Below the pieces are notes generated by a model. It saw only the letters and a program-made list of their open reading frames with translations, ran no database searches and had not been told where the DNA came from. From Candidatus Marinacidobacterium sp. (GTDB lineage Bacteria; Acidobacteriota; Vicinamibacteria; Marinacidobacterales; Marinacidobacteraceae): a stretch of 64,000 nt of DNA. The DNA lies in the NCBI GenBank assembly GCA_965204755.1, contig OZ242011.1, positions 2,016,001 to 2,080,000 of the forward strand, in the 5' to 3' direction. The position numbers and the translations under genes are program-made. This document shows positions 20,611-30,013 of this stretch, in pieces; positions within the stretch are counted from its first letter, which is position 1, and each line of letters starts with the position of its first letter.

Positions 20611-20830
20611 CAGCCCGTGGAAAAAGCGCCCCGCCCTCCGCTCCACGACCGGAGGGCGCCGAGTCTCCGTCCGGTTTCGAGGCGGGGCGCTCTTCCCACG
20701 GGCCGGCGGTGTGAATCGCTGCGCGATTCCCCCCGCCATCTATCGCGGGGAGGGGCCGCCCCCTCCCCGCGCCCCTCCCCGGTCGGCGCTTCGCGCCGAC
20801 GAGCGCTCCCCGGACTTTCTTCACGGGCGG
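20611..20830. mobile_element. ~220-bp MITE-like element, copy 2
   Basis: Diverged same-orientation copy of 11155-11375. Ends CAGCCCGTGGAAAAAG...CTTTCTTCACGGGCGG. Confidence 0.75.
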
Positions 20831-20898
20831 CTAAAATGACGCCTGGATCGCGGGGCCGGCGAACGGCCTTCTTCGCGGTCCCGAAGAACGACCGGGTT

Positions 20899-20971
20899 GG
20901 GGCTGTGGCGCAACTGGGAGCGCGCGTGAATGGCATTCACGAGGTCACGGGTTCGATCCCCGTCAGCTCCA
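20899..20971 (+). tRNA. tRNA-Ala(GGC)
   Basis: GGGGCTG/CAGCTCC acceptor with G3:U70, anticodon GGC, T arm ACGGG-TTCGATC-CCCGT. CCA not encoded. Confidence 0.96.
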
Positions 20972-21017
20972 CCGGTTCCCTCCTCCGCCTCCGGCGGGGA
21001 GGGTCGGAGTCCGACCG

Positions 21018-21112
21018 GGAAGCGCATGGGGTCTGGCGGCCCCCGCGGACTTCAAATCCGTTGATTCCGGGTTAGTCCCCGGGATGGTGGGTTCGATTCC
21101 CACACGCTTCCG
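21018..21112 (+). tRNA. selC: tRNA-Sec(TCA)
   Basis: GGAAG 5' end, 6-bp D stem GGGGTC-TGGC-GGCCCC, anticodon arm GCGGA-CT-TCA-AA-TCCGT, long variable arm, 8/5 acceptor/T fold, G discriminator. Confidence 0.93.
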
Positions 21113-21165
21113 CCCGCCCGCGGCGAACCACCGGGCGACACCTTCCGCAGTCCCGACTGAGCCCC

Positions 21166-23646
21166 TTGCCCGAGGCCGGCGAGCCGCCCCGCCCGCCCGA
21201 TCCGGCGGACCCGCCGGAGACGCCATCGCCCGACCGAAGCGCCGACGCGCCCGCCGGGTCCGTCGTCCGCCAGACCGCCATCCGGAACCTCGTCTCCGCG
21301 CTCGCAGACGGCTCCGCCCTCCCCGGCGTCACCGCGCTCCGCCACTTCCCGGCGCAGGCCGCGCAGTACCGGGACTTCCCCCCCTACGCCGCGCCGAAAC
21401 TCCGCGAGGCCTACGAATCCCGCGGCGTCACCCGCCTCTATTCCCACCAGCGCGACGCCTGGGACCGCGCCCGCGCCGGCGAACAGGTCGCGGTGGTGAC
21501 CCCGACCGCCTCCGGCAAGACGCTTTGCTACAACGCGCCGATCCTGAACCGGATCCTGGAGGAGCCGGACGCCCGCGCGCTCTACCTGTTCCCGACCAAG
21601 GCGCTCTCGCAGGACCAGAAGCAGGAACTGCTCGAACTCACCGAAGCGGCGGACGCCGGGATCGGCGTCGAGGTGTACGACGGGGATACGCCGGGGGACC
21701 GCCGCCGGACGATCCGCGCCCGGGCGCACCTGGTCATCACCAACCCGGACATGCTCCACGCCGGGATCCTCCCCCACCACACCAAGTGGGCCAAGTTGTT
21801 CGAGAACCTGCGCTTCGTGGTGCTCGACGAGATGCATACCTACCGCGGCGTCTTCGGGAGCCATCTCGCCAACCTGCTCCGCCGCCTCCGCCGGGTCTGC
21901 CGCCACTACGGCGCCGACCCGCAGTTCCTGATGAGTTCCGCGACCATCGCCAACCCGAAGGAGTTGGGCGAGCGCCTCATCGAACGCGAGGTTTCGCTGG
22001 TCACGGAGAGCGGCGCGCCGCGCGCCGAACGGTTCTTCCTGTTCTACAACCCGCCGGTGGTGAACGCGCAACTGGGGATTCGCCGTTCGGCGCTCGCGGA
22101 AGCGCGGCGCATCGCCCGGGGTTTCCTCGAGAAACAACTGCAGACGGTGGTCTTCGCCCGCTCCCGCACGGACACCGAAGTCCTGGTCAAGTACCTGAAG
22201 AAGGACCTCGAAGACCGCCCCGACCGGCGCGGCCTCATTCGCGGTTACCGGGGCGGTTACCTGCCGAAGAAGCGGCGGGAGATCGAGGAAGGACTGCGCA
22301 GCGGAAGCGTGCTCGGCGTGGTTTCCACGAACGCGCTGGAGTTGGGGATAGACATCGGCGGCCTCGACGCCTCGGTGCTCGCCGGATATCCGGGAACCAT
22401 CGCCTCCACCTGGCAGCAGGCCGGACGCGCCGGACGCCGGGGCGGAGCGGCGGCTTCGGTGCTGGTCGCCAACTCCTCGCCGGTGAACCAGTTCGTCATC
22501 CGCCACCCCGACTACTTCTTCGAAGGTTCGCCGGAGCGCGGGCTCGTCAACCCGGACAACCTCTCCATCCTGCTCGAGCAGGTGAAGTGCGCGGCGTTCG
22601 AGTTGCCCTTCTCCGCCGGCGAGGAGTTCGGCGGCGAGGACCTCGAAGCCCTGCTCGGCGTCCTGGAAGAAGAGCAGATGGTCCTCCGTTCCGGCGACCG
22701 CTGGTTCTGGACGAAGGACGCGTATCCGGCGAACAGCGTGAGTCTGCGTTCGCTCAGTTCGGACAACTTCGTCGTGCAGGATCGGGAGAGCGGCCGGATC
22801 ATCGGCGAAGTCGATTTCGTGAGCGCCCATTCCACGGTGCACGAAAAGGCGATCTACATGGTGGAGAGCGATACCTGGTTCGTCGAGCGCTTCGACCACG
22901 AAGCCCGCCGCGCGGAAGTGCGTCCGGTGGACAGCGACTACTACACCGACGCGATCACCCATACCCGGGTGAACATCCTCGACCGCTTCGCCGCCGCGCC
23001 GGAGAACGCCGCCCCGGCCAGCCACGGCGAAGTCCATGTGGTGAAACAGGTCGTGGGTTTCAAGAAGATCAAGTTCTATACGAACGAGAATGTGGGTTCC
23101 GGCGAGTTGGAGATGCCGCCGGTGGAGATGCACACCACCGCGTTCTGGCTGGAGGCGCCGCTCGAAGTCCTGCTCGCGGTCCCGTTCGGCCCGGAGGACC
23201 GGCGCGACGGCGTGCGCGGGATCAAGAACGCGCTCGCCGCGGTCGCTTCCACATTCCTCATGTGCGAGCCGAGCGACCTCGGCTCGGCGATCGGCACCGG
23301 CGAAGGCGACGAGTCGGTGGGCGGCGGGCGGGTCGCGGACGCCGGGGAGGCGGCGGGCGACCCGGCCGCGCCGCCGAAGATCTTCCTCTACGACGACTAC
23401 CCCGGCGGCATCGGGTTTTCCGAGCCGCTGTTCGAAGCGCGGGCGACGCTGCTGCGCGAAACGCTGGGGCTGATCGAGCGCTGCGAATGCCGGAACGGGT
23501 GCCCGTCCTGCGTCGGGCCGGCGGAGGAGGTGGGTCTGCGGGGCAAGGACGCCGCGGTGGCCATCCTCCGGCGTCTCGCCGTTTCGCCGGAGGAGGAGGC
23601 GGAGACGCCGGCGCCCGCCGCCGCGGCGGCCTCCGGGGCGGCGTGA
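21166..23646 (+). CDS. mrfA: DEAD/DEAH-box helicase with C-terminal DUF1998 zinc-binding domain (MrfA/Hrq1-like)
   Basis: TPTASGKT, YLFPTKALSQDQ, DEMH, SAT, LELGIDIG, QQAGRAGR, CECRNGCPSC. Confidence 0.9.
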   Translation: MPEAGEPPRPPDPADPPETPSPDRSADAPAGSVVRQTAIRNLVSALADGSALPGVTALRHFPAQAAQYRDFPPYAAPKLREAYESRGVTRLYSHQRDAWDRARAGEQVAVVTPTASGKTLCYNAPILNRILEEPDARALYLFPTKALSQDQKQELLELTEAADAGIGVEVYDGDTPGDRRRTIRARAHLVITNPDMLHAGILPHHTKWAKLFENLRFVVLDEMHTYRGVFGSHLANLLRRLRRVCRHYGADPQFLMSSATIANPKELGERLIEREVSLVTESGAPRAERFFLFYNPPVVNAQLGIRRSALAEARRIARGFLEKQLQTVVFARSRTDTEVLVKYLKKDLEDRPDRRGLIRGYRGGYLPKKRREIEEGLRSGSVLGVVSTNALELGIDIGGLDASVLAGYPGTIASTWQQAGRAGRRGGAAASVLVANSSPVNQFVIRHPDYFFEGSPERGLVNPDNLSILLEQVKCAAFELPFSAGEEFGGEDLEALLGVLEEEQMVLRSGDRWFWTKDAYPANSVSLRSLSSDNFVVQDRESGRIIGEVDFVSAHSTVHEKAIYMVESDTWFVERFDHEARRAEVRPVDSDYYTDAITHTRVNILDRFAAAPENAAPASHGEVHVVKQVVGFKKIKFYTNENVGSGELEMPPVEMHTTAFWLEAPLEVLLAVPFGPEDRRDGVRGIKNALAAVASTFLMCEPSDLGSAIGTGEGDESVGGGRVADAGEAAGDPAAPPKIFLYDDYPGGIGFSEPLFEARATLLRETLGLIERCECRNGCPSCVGPAEEVGLRGKDAAVAILRRLAVSPEEEAETPAPAAAAASGAA

Positions 23647-25247
23647 GCGGCGCGCGCGGATCCCTCGCGGAGCGGCTGGCCCGCCAGCGCGGCCGCGTCG
23701 CCGGGGACCGGGGGCCGGCCGTGGCGCCGATGCCCCCCGTGGAAGCGTCGGCCGGTTCGCCGCCCGCCGAGAACCGGACGGTGCCCGCGGCCGATCCGCC
23801 CCCCGCCTTCGCCGAGCCTCCGGCTCCCGCCGCCGGCCTCCCGGCGAGCAGCCTCCCGGCGAGCGGCCTCCCGGTGAGCGGACCACCGGGCGAGAGCCGC
23901 GAGGAGAAACTCGCCCGCCTCCGAACCGCCCTCCGGCGCACCGAAGCGGGTTGGAAGGCCCCGCGTTCGCCCCGCCCGGCGCCCGAAACCGCGCCCGACG
24001 CGGACGACGACTCGCCGCGGCCGTCCGACGAGACCCGCCCGAACCCGCGCCTCGACCACCGCTCGCTCCGCCGGCGGATGTCCCGCATCCGCAGCGCCCG
24101 CGCCCTCCGCCCGGCGGAAGCCCCGCCGGCGGCGCCGCCGTCCGGCCCCGGCCACGAGCGGAGCGACCACGACTTCCCGACGGACGCCGCCTACGGCGGA
24201 CACCCGCTCTCCCGACTGGCGACTCTCCCCCGGTCACTCTCCGCCCGACTGGAAGCGACCCCGGACGCGGAGGGCGTCGCCCTCGACCGCGCGTTCTTCC
24301 TCGACACCGAAACCAGCGGCCTCGCCGGCGGCACGGGCACCTTCGCCTTCCTCATCGGCATCGGCGCGCTCTCCGGCGACCGGTTCCGCGTGACCCAGTT
24401 CCTCCTCCGCTCCCCGGCGGCGGAGCGCGAGATGCTCGAAGAGTTCCTCGCCGAGATCGGCGACCGCCCGGAGTTCGTCACCTACAACGGAAAGAGTTTC
24501 GACCTCCCGCTCCTCGAAGCCCGCCTCGCCCTGAACGGCCTGCCGAATCCCTTCGCGGACGCGCCGCACCTCGACCTGCTCACTCCCGCGCGCCGCCTGT
24601 TCCTGCCCCGCCACGAAAGCGCCAAGTTGTTCCACCTCGAAAACCGGGTGCTCGGCGTCGAACGCCACGACGACATCCCGGGCGCGCAGATCCCGGCGAT
24701 CTTCTTCGAGTTCCTGCGAAACGGCGAACACCCGGCGATGGAGTCCGTGCTGGAACACAACCGATACGACCTCCGCTCGCTCGCGGCGTTGACCGTCGAG
24801 TCGGCGCTCCGACTGGCGGAGGATTGGGACACCGAACACGGCGCCGACCTCCACGGCGTCGGCGCGCACCTCCTGAAACGCGAGGAACACGAAGCCGCCA
24901 ACCGCCTCTTCGAACGCGCCCTCGCCGCCGGCCTCTCCGGCCGCAACCGCGACCGCTGCCTCCTCCACCTCGGCGAAGAACGAAAACGCCGCGGCGACTG
25001 GCCCGCCGCCGTCGCCCTCTGGCAACGAATCGAGGAAGCCGACACCCCGGAATACCTCGAAGCCCTCCGCTGGTTCGCCAAGTACGAAGAACACGAAAAC
25101 CACGACTACGCCCGCGCCCTCGCCCATGTCCACGACGCCCAAGACCGCCTCGACCGAGTCCCGGCGCGTTTCGACGAAACCCTCCCCCGCCGCCGCGAAG
25201 ACTGGGCCCGCCGCGCCGCCCGCCTGGAAGAAAAGTCGGCGGACTGA
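23643..25247 (+). CDS. mrfB: RNase H-like (DEDDh) exonuclease with TPR C-terminus (MrfB-like)
   Basis: FLDTETSGL, TYNGKSFDLP, HLDLL, EHNRYD, TPR-like tail. GTG start overlaps the helicase stop. Confidence 0.85.
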   Translation: MSGARGSLAERLARQRGRVAGDRGPAVAPMPPVEASAGSPPAENRTVPAADPPPAFAEPPAPAAGLPASSLPASGLPVSGPPGESREEKLARLRTALRRTEAGWKAPRSPRPAPETAPDADDDSPRPSDETRPNPRLDHRSLRRRMSRIRSARALRPAEAPPAAPPSGPGHERSDHDFPTDAAYGGHPLSRLATLPRSLSARLEATPDAEGVALDRAFFLDTETSGLAGGTGTFAFLIGIGALSGDRFRVTQFLLRSPAAEREMLEEFLAEIGDRPEFVTYNGKSFDLPLLEARLALNGLPNPFADAPHLDLLTPARRLFLPRHESAKLFHLENRVLGVERHDDIPGAQIPAIFFEFLRNGEHPAMESVLEHNRYDLRSLAALTVESALRLAEDWDTEHGADLHGVGAHLLKREEHEAANRLFERALAAGLSGRNRDRCLLHLGEERKRRGDWPAAVALWQRIEEADTPEYLEALRWFAKYEEHENHDYARALAHVHDAQDRLDRVPARFDETLPRRREDWARRAARLEEKSAD

Positions 25248-25290
25248 ACTCGAGGGTTCGACCGACTCGCCGATCGAGCCTTACGCGGCC

Positions 25291-25320
25291 TTGAAAAGTC
25301 TGCTTGAGCGCGCTAAAACT
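25291..25320 (+). promoter_or_regulatory. Putative sigma-70 promoter
   Basis: TTGAAA-17 bp-TAAAAC, followed by the RBS AAGGAG before ATG 25350. Confidence 0.45.
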
Positions 25321-25349
25321 AGTTCCTTCACGCTTGAAGGAGAGTAGAG

Positions 25350-25826
25350 ATGAAGAGGAAAGTCCTCATCGGCTTCGTCGCCCTGTTCCTGAGCGCCGCC
25401 CTCTGGGTCGCCTGCGAAGTGGGACAGCAGGCGCCGCGCTCCGCTCCGGCGGTCACTTCCGCTGTCGGGGCGCCGGATCCGACGCCCGGCTCGCAAAACC
25501 CGAGTACCGACACGATAACGCCGGGATCTCTCGCGCACCGGGAGGAACTCGCCGAGAGGGCCAGACTGGACTTCGCCCGGAGGGTCGAGCGGTACCGGGC
25601 GGAGGGGAAGTCGGAGGAGTACATCGCCTACATGCGGGAGAACGCGCTGGAGGGATACCTGCGGGATGTGCGGACCCGGCCGGCGGAGTGGTTCACGATC
25701 GAGGCGATTCTCGAACGGGCCCGCGCACGGCACGAGCGCGACATTCCGCTGTTCCTCGAAGCCGGTATCCCGCGGGAGAAGGTGGACGCGCTCCTGGCCG
25801 CCCACCCGCAGCCGTCGAAGCCGTAA
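25350..25826 (+). CDS. Hypothetical exported protein / possible lipoprotein
   Basis: Good RBS and MKRK + hydrophobic stretch + WVAC. No family recognised. Confidence 0.7.
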   Translation: MKRKVLIGFVALFLSAALWVACEVGQQAPRSAPAVTSAVGAPDPTPGSQNPSTDTITPGSLAHREELAERARLDFARRVERYRAEGKSEEYIAYMRENALEGYLRDVRTRPAEWFTIEAILERARARHERDIPLFLEAGIPREKVDALLAAHPQPSKP

Positions 25827-25875
25827 GGCATCTTCGCCGGCGTCCTCGCTCGCTGTCGGAGTGATGCGGCGACCT

Positions 25876-26220
25876 GTGGGACTGCGCCTGGTAGTCCCGC
25901 GGGGTCGCGCACAGCGGGCTTCGAGACCGCTGCTCGCCAATGACGAGTCCCGTTGTTATCGGGTTTCCGGGCGCCCCTCAGCGCCGCCGGGACGCGGGCA
26001 AAGTGGGAGCGCGACCCTTGCCCGAATACTACCGAGACTGACCGGGCCAAGCGGAAAGCGTCGCGTGCTATCCTCTGTTTCCAAGGGCCGCATCCTACTA
26101 GCTCTCCCAAAAGGTGAGGAGTGCCTGGCAACTCCAAAAAAGGGACTCGGCTTTGCCGAGCGGAGGGTAGTCGCGGCGCCACCGGGCGGCCCCACGGGGA
26201 CTACCAGGCGCAGTCCCCAC
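25876..26220. repeat. 345-bp element bounded by ~33-35-bp inverted repeats (REPIN/MITE-like or structured RNA)
   Basis: Left arm GTGGGACTGCGCCTGGTAGTCCCGCGGGGTCGC (25876-25908) is nearly the reverse complement of GCGGCCCCACGGGGACTACCAGGCGCAGTCCCCAC (26186-26220). Confidence 0.75.
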
Positions 26221-26491
26221 CCCCTTCAGGGTTTGCGAAGGACCTCTCGCGTTCGGCCGAGCCGGTTGGCGAGTTGCTGCTCGGTCGTCCCTCGCGGGAA
26301 GAAACCGATCAGATCGATCTTGTCGTTCACCGGGTCGCGCGAATCAGAACTTCCCGTCGACTTGAGCGATGCCCCTCGCTGATGCCGCAGGCCGCGGCCG
26401 GCCGGTCGAGGGTCGGCGTTCGTCCGATCGGGTGGGTCTCAGCGAGGGCAGCGAAGCGCGAGTCCGCGCGCCTCGCCGCCGCGCAGTCGGG

Positions 26492-26797
26492 TCAGCCGCC
26501 GCTGACCGGGGGGAGGAAGGCGAGTTCGTCGCCGGGCTCGAGCGGGGTGTCCTTCGGGCGGAACCGGTGGTTGACCGCCACGCTGATCGAGGCGGAGAGC
26601 GGGGCGAGTGCCGGGTGTTCGTCGGCGAGGCGTTCCCAGACCGCTTGGGCGGTCAGCCCCGGGGTCGGGGGGACTTCGACGCGTCCGCGCCCGGCGGCCT
26701 CCCGCGCGGCGGCGAAGAGGAGGACGGTGACCGGTTTGCTCGCGCCGGGGTCAACCGTTGTCGGCGCGGCCGAAGCGCGTTCCTCCGGGGCGGTCAT
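26492..26797 (-). CDS. moaD: Molybdopterin synthase sulfur carrier
   Basis: VLLFAAARE...AVN...GDELAFLPPVSGG with C-terminal GG. Confidence 0.92.
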   Translation of the reverse strand: MTAPEERASAAPTTVDPGASKPVTVLLFAAAREAAGRGRVEVPPTPGLTAQAVWERLADEHPALAPLSASISVAVNHRFRPKDTPLEPGDELAFLPPVSGG

Positions 26798-27231
26798 TCG
26801 GTTACCGGTTCCTTCGGGCCTTCCACCCAGACTTCGCCGTCCTCGAACACTTCGCGTTTCCAGATCGGGACGATGCGCTTGATCTCGTTCATCGTGTGCC
26901 TGGCCGCGTCGAACGCGTGCCCCCGGTGCGGCGAAGCGGCGGCGACCAGCACGCTCGCTTCCCCGATCTCCACCCGGCCGGTGCGGTGGTGGACGCGCAG
27001 CCGCTCCACCCCGAACCGGGCTCGCGCGTCCTCCGCGACCCGCGCCAGCACCGGGAGCGCCATCTCCTCGTACGCCTCGTATTCCAGGTAGCGCACCGCC
27101 CGGCCCCGGTTCCGGGCGCGGACGATCCCGGCGAAGACCACGACCGCGCCGTCGGCGGAGACTTCCAGCCCTTCGCGGATCGCCGTCTCGCTCAGCGGCT
27201 CGGCGGTGAGCCGGAACGGGCTTCCGCTCAC
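26794..27231 (-). CDS. moaE: Molybdopterin synthase catalytic subunit
   Basis: [31 protein letters not shown]. Confidence 0.95.
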   Translation of the reverse strand: MSGSPFRLTAEPLSETAIREGLEVSADGAVVVFAGIVRARNRGRAVRYLEYEAYEEMALPVLARVAEDARARFGVERLRVHHRTGRVEIGEASVLVAAASPHRGHAFDAARHTMNEIKRIVPIWKREVFEDGEVWVEGPKEPVTE

Positions 27232-28043
27232 GACGCGGCGAGTCCGGCGGGCAGGTGGCCGAGGGGCCCGTGGCCCCGGCCGAGCGGCGCGGCCCGGAGC
27301 ATCGCCGTCCGCACATAGGCGAGCGCTGCTTCCACCGACTCCCGGAGCGTGCGGCCCCGGGCGAGTCCGGCGGCCACCGCCGCCGACAGCGTGCAGCCGG
27401 TCCCGTGCGTCGCCGGCGTCTCGATCCGGGGAGCGCGGAACACCGCTTCGTCGCGGCCGTCGCTGAAGAAGTCCACGACTTCGCCGCCGGGCAGGTGCCC
27501 GCCCTTCACCAGCACCGCCCTCGCGCCCATCTTCAGCAACCGCTCGGCGGCGCCCCGCATCGCGGATTCGTCTTCGACCGCCCGCCCGGTGAGGTCGGCC
27601 GCCTCGGGCAGGTTCGGGGTGAGGAGCGCGGCCAGCGGAAGCAGGCGCTCCCGCAGCGCGTCCACCGCGTCCGGACGCAACAGCCGGTCACCGGTCTTCG
27701 CCACCATCACCGGGTCCACCACCAGCGGCAGCCGCCGCCTCGCCATCGCCTCGGCCACCGCGCGGATGATGGCCGCCGACGAAAGCATCCCGGTCTTCGC
27801 CGCCGCCACCGGGAAGTCGTCGCACACCGCGGTGATCTGGGCGCGGATCAACTCCGGGTGGACTTCGGCGACGGCGGCAACCGCCACCGTGTTCTGCGCG
27901 GTGATCGCCGTGATCGCGGAGACGCCGTACGTCTCGTGGGCGGCGAAGGTCTTGAGGTCGGCCTGGATGCCGGCCCCGCCGCCGGAGTCGGAGCCGGCGA
28001 TGGTCAGGGCCACCGGGGGCGCCGGCGGGGGCGCCGCGGTCAA
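27228..28043 (-). CDS. thiD: Hydroxymethylpyrimidine/phosphomethylpyrimidine kinase
   Basis: [50 protein letters not shown] start inferred. Confidence 0.95.
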   Translation of the reverse strand: MTAAPPPAPPVALTIAGSDSGGGAGIQADLKTFAAHETYGVSAITAITAQNTVAVAAVAEVHPELIRAQITAVCDDFPVAAAKTGMLSSAAIIRAVAEAMARRRLPLVVDPVMVAKTGDRLLRPDAVDALRERLLPLAALLTPNLPEAADLTGRAVEDESAMRGAAERLLKMGARAVLVKGGHLPGGEVVDFFSDGRDEAVFRAPRIETPATHGTGCTLSAAVAAGLARGRTLRESVEAALAYVRTAMLRAAPLGRGHGPLGHLPAGLAAS

Positions 28044-28063
28044 CGGTGGAGTCCGGGGGCGGG

Positions 28064-29416
28064 TCAGGAGGGAGCGGTGCGGAACGCCAGCACCCGCGCC
28101 GCGTCCTCGCCCCACTCCGCGGCCTCCGGGCCCGGCTCCAGGTTCTGCCCGTGCAGGTCGCGGATTTCGCGGTAGAGCAGCAGCCGCAACTCCCGGTCGG
28201 CTTCGAGCGGCGCATGCGGCCGCACCACCAGCGTCCGGCTGCCCTCGTCGTAGGCCACTTCGAGGTCGGGGAACGGGTTCCCGTCCGGCTCGTCCTCGTA
28301 GAGCAGGTCCACCGCCGCGTGGAAACTGTCCGCGATCATCCGGTTGGAGAACTGCACCCGGAACTCGCTGTCCAGCGGAATCTCCCGCTCGCCGTCCAGC
28401 GGCAGCGAGAAGACCACCCGCAGCGGCCCGAACTCGGCCTCCCGCGCTTCGCGTTCGGCGATGCGGATGTCCACCGGTTCGAGCGCCGGGTCGCCCGGCG
28501 CCTCCGCGATCTCGAGGCGCTCGGCGCGCAGGTAGGTCTGGCCGTCCGCGGTCCACGGCCGGCCGTACACGCGCAGCCACTTGCCGGTGTCGCGGCGGCG
28601 TTTCGGGTCGAGCCGGAAGCCCTTGCCGGCGGGGCGCATCCCGGTGACCCAGATGGCGGTCTCGCCGGTCTTGATGACGAAGTCGCGCGGCGTCTTCTTG
28701 GTCTTGATCGAGAGGTCGCCGAACAGGTTGTTCCCCCGGAACTTGCCGACGACTTCGACGCGGCGGCCGATGTACGGCTCGGGGTCGGCGAGCAGCCCGT
28801 CGAGGCCGATCGCGGCGGCGCTCCCCGGGGCGATCTCGATGCGGTCGCCGGCGGCCATCTCTTCCTTCGCCTCGCGCTCGCGGCGGTCGGAGAGGTCTTC
28901 GGTGTCGCCGATCGTGGAGACGGAGACGACGGCGAGGAACCCTTCGGTGCGGCGGTCGAGGGTGTTGCCGGAGATCCACGCCGGATCGAACGGGTAGTTC
29001 CGCAGGATCGGGTGCATCTGGAGGGTGTAGGAGTCGAGCATCCGGGTGGAGAAGAACCAGCCCTCGACTTCGACTTCGCTCGCGCCGAGGAACATCAACT
29101 GGTTCCCGGACATGTAGGAGGCCGCCATCAGGATTTCCCGCGAGAGTTCGTCCGGGTCTTCGAGCACCTGCACCCGGTGGTCGGTCCCGAAGGAGAACCC
29201 GACCTTGCCGCGCACCATCACGGCGGACTCGTGGTACCGGCCGGGTAGGCGGGAGAGGTCGGCGACGGAGACCAGTTCCGGCTGGTCGGGGAAGTAGCCG
29301 AACTGCGCGGCGGCCGGGGTCGCGGCGAGGAGCGTCGCGGCGAGGAGGGTCGCGGCGGCGGCGGGCGCGGCCGGTGTCGGGCGGGGTCCGATGCGGACGC
29401 GAACCGCGGGAGTCAT
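28064..29416 (-). CDS. Secreted protein with OB-fold-like segments and C-terminal Ig-like (Big_5-like) domain
   Basis: Signal peptide ending AAA-Q and C-terminal [30 protein letters not shown] 29416 preferred because ATG 29473 overlaps a likely -10 element. Confidence 0.7.
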   Translation of the reverse strand: MTPAVRVRIGPRPTPAAPAAAATLLAATLLAATPAAAQFGYFPDQPELVSVADLSRLPGRYHESAVMVRGKVGFSFGTDHRVQVLEDPDELSREILMAASYMSGNQLMFLGASEVEVEGWFFSTRMLDSYTLQMHPILRNYPFDPAWISGNTLDRRTEGFLAVVSVSTIGDTEDLSDRREREAKEEMAAGDRIEIAPGSAAAIGLDGLLADPEPYIGRRVEVVGKFRGNNLFGDLSIKTKKTPRDFVIKTGETAIWVTGMRPAGKGFRLDPKRRRDTGKWLRVYGRPWTADGQTYLRAERLEIAEAPGDPALEPVDIRIAEREAREAEFGPLRVVFSLPLDGEREIPLDSEFRVQFSNRMIADSFHAAVDLLYEDEPDGNPFPDLEVAYDEGSRTLVVRPHAPLEADRELRLLLYREIRDLHGQNLEPGPEAAEWGEDAARVLAFRTAPS

Positions 29417-29471
29417 GGTGCCTCGGGTCTCCGCAGGGCGTGTCCCGTCGGGCGTTTGCGGAGGGTCGGCC

Positions 29472-29480
29472 ATCGTAGCA
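29472..29480 (-). promoter_or_regulatory. Putative extended -10 promoter (TG-C-TACGAT) for the Ig-like protein-thiD-moaE-moaD run
   Basis: Minus strand TGCTACGAT. Its -35 position would overlap the first copy of the repeat array. Confidence 0.35.
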
Positions 29481-29497
29481 CCGGGGGCGCGGGCGGC

Positions 29498-29920
29498 GAA
29501 TTGTGTATAGCTGCCGACGGGCGGCGGCGAATTGTGTATAGCTGACCGGTCGGCGGCGAATTGTGTATAGCTCCGGCCTGGCGGCGCGGAATTGTGTATA
29601 GCTCGGGCTCGGCGGCGCGGAATTGTGTATAGCTGCCGGAACCGCGCTCCGAATTGTGTATAGCTTCGGATCGGCGCTCCGGATCGCGCAGGGACGCCCC
29701 CGGTGCGCCCCGGAGGGCGCGCATCGGCCCGAATTCACCCGGAATCGCGTGTGTACGCCGGTGTAGATGCCCCGGATCGCCTACGGCCGCAAGGGGTTGA
29801 GCGGAATTGTGTATAGCTGCCCGGAATTGTGTATAGCTCGACCGAATTGTGTATAGCTGCCGCGCGAATTGTGTATAGCTGCCGCGAATTGTGTATAGGT
29901 GCCGGGAATTGTGTATAGGT
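29498..29920 (+). repeat. Array of 12 direct repeats GAATTGTGTATAG(C/G)T in two blocks of six
   Basis: Copies start at 29498, 29529, 29558, 29589, 29620, 29651 (periods 31,29,31,31,31) and 29804, 29824, 29844, 29866, 29886, 29906 (periods 20,20,22,20,20). Confidence 0.97.
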
Positions 29921-30013
29921 GGACGACTCCGCTCCCGCGGGGCGCCGGGGGGTCTGCGCGATCCGCCGGCGGCGCGGAGGGCGGCTGGTAGGGTTGCCTC
30001 GCGGCGGGTGAGC

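Noticed and set aside
26492-28100. TPP or Moco riboswitch near thiD/moaE/moaD
   Set aside because: Intergenic gaps are too short and no consensus motifs are seen.
29498-29920. Repeat array as a CRISPR array
   Set aside because: The 15-bp repeat and 5-16-bp spacers are too short, the repeat has no stem, and no cas genes are in the window.
29498-29920. Firm call of oriC or a plasmid iteron origin
   Set aside because: No dnaA/dnaN, rep gene or AT-rich unwinding element nearby. Kept only as a hypothesis.
29474-30013. ORFs through the array (YTQF / LYTIR / IHNS peptide repeats) and the 836-aa extension of thiD
   Set aside because: Periods of 31, 29, 20 and 22 bp are not multiples of 3, so the peptide repeats shift frame. 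They are by-products of a DNA-level repeat.
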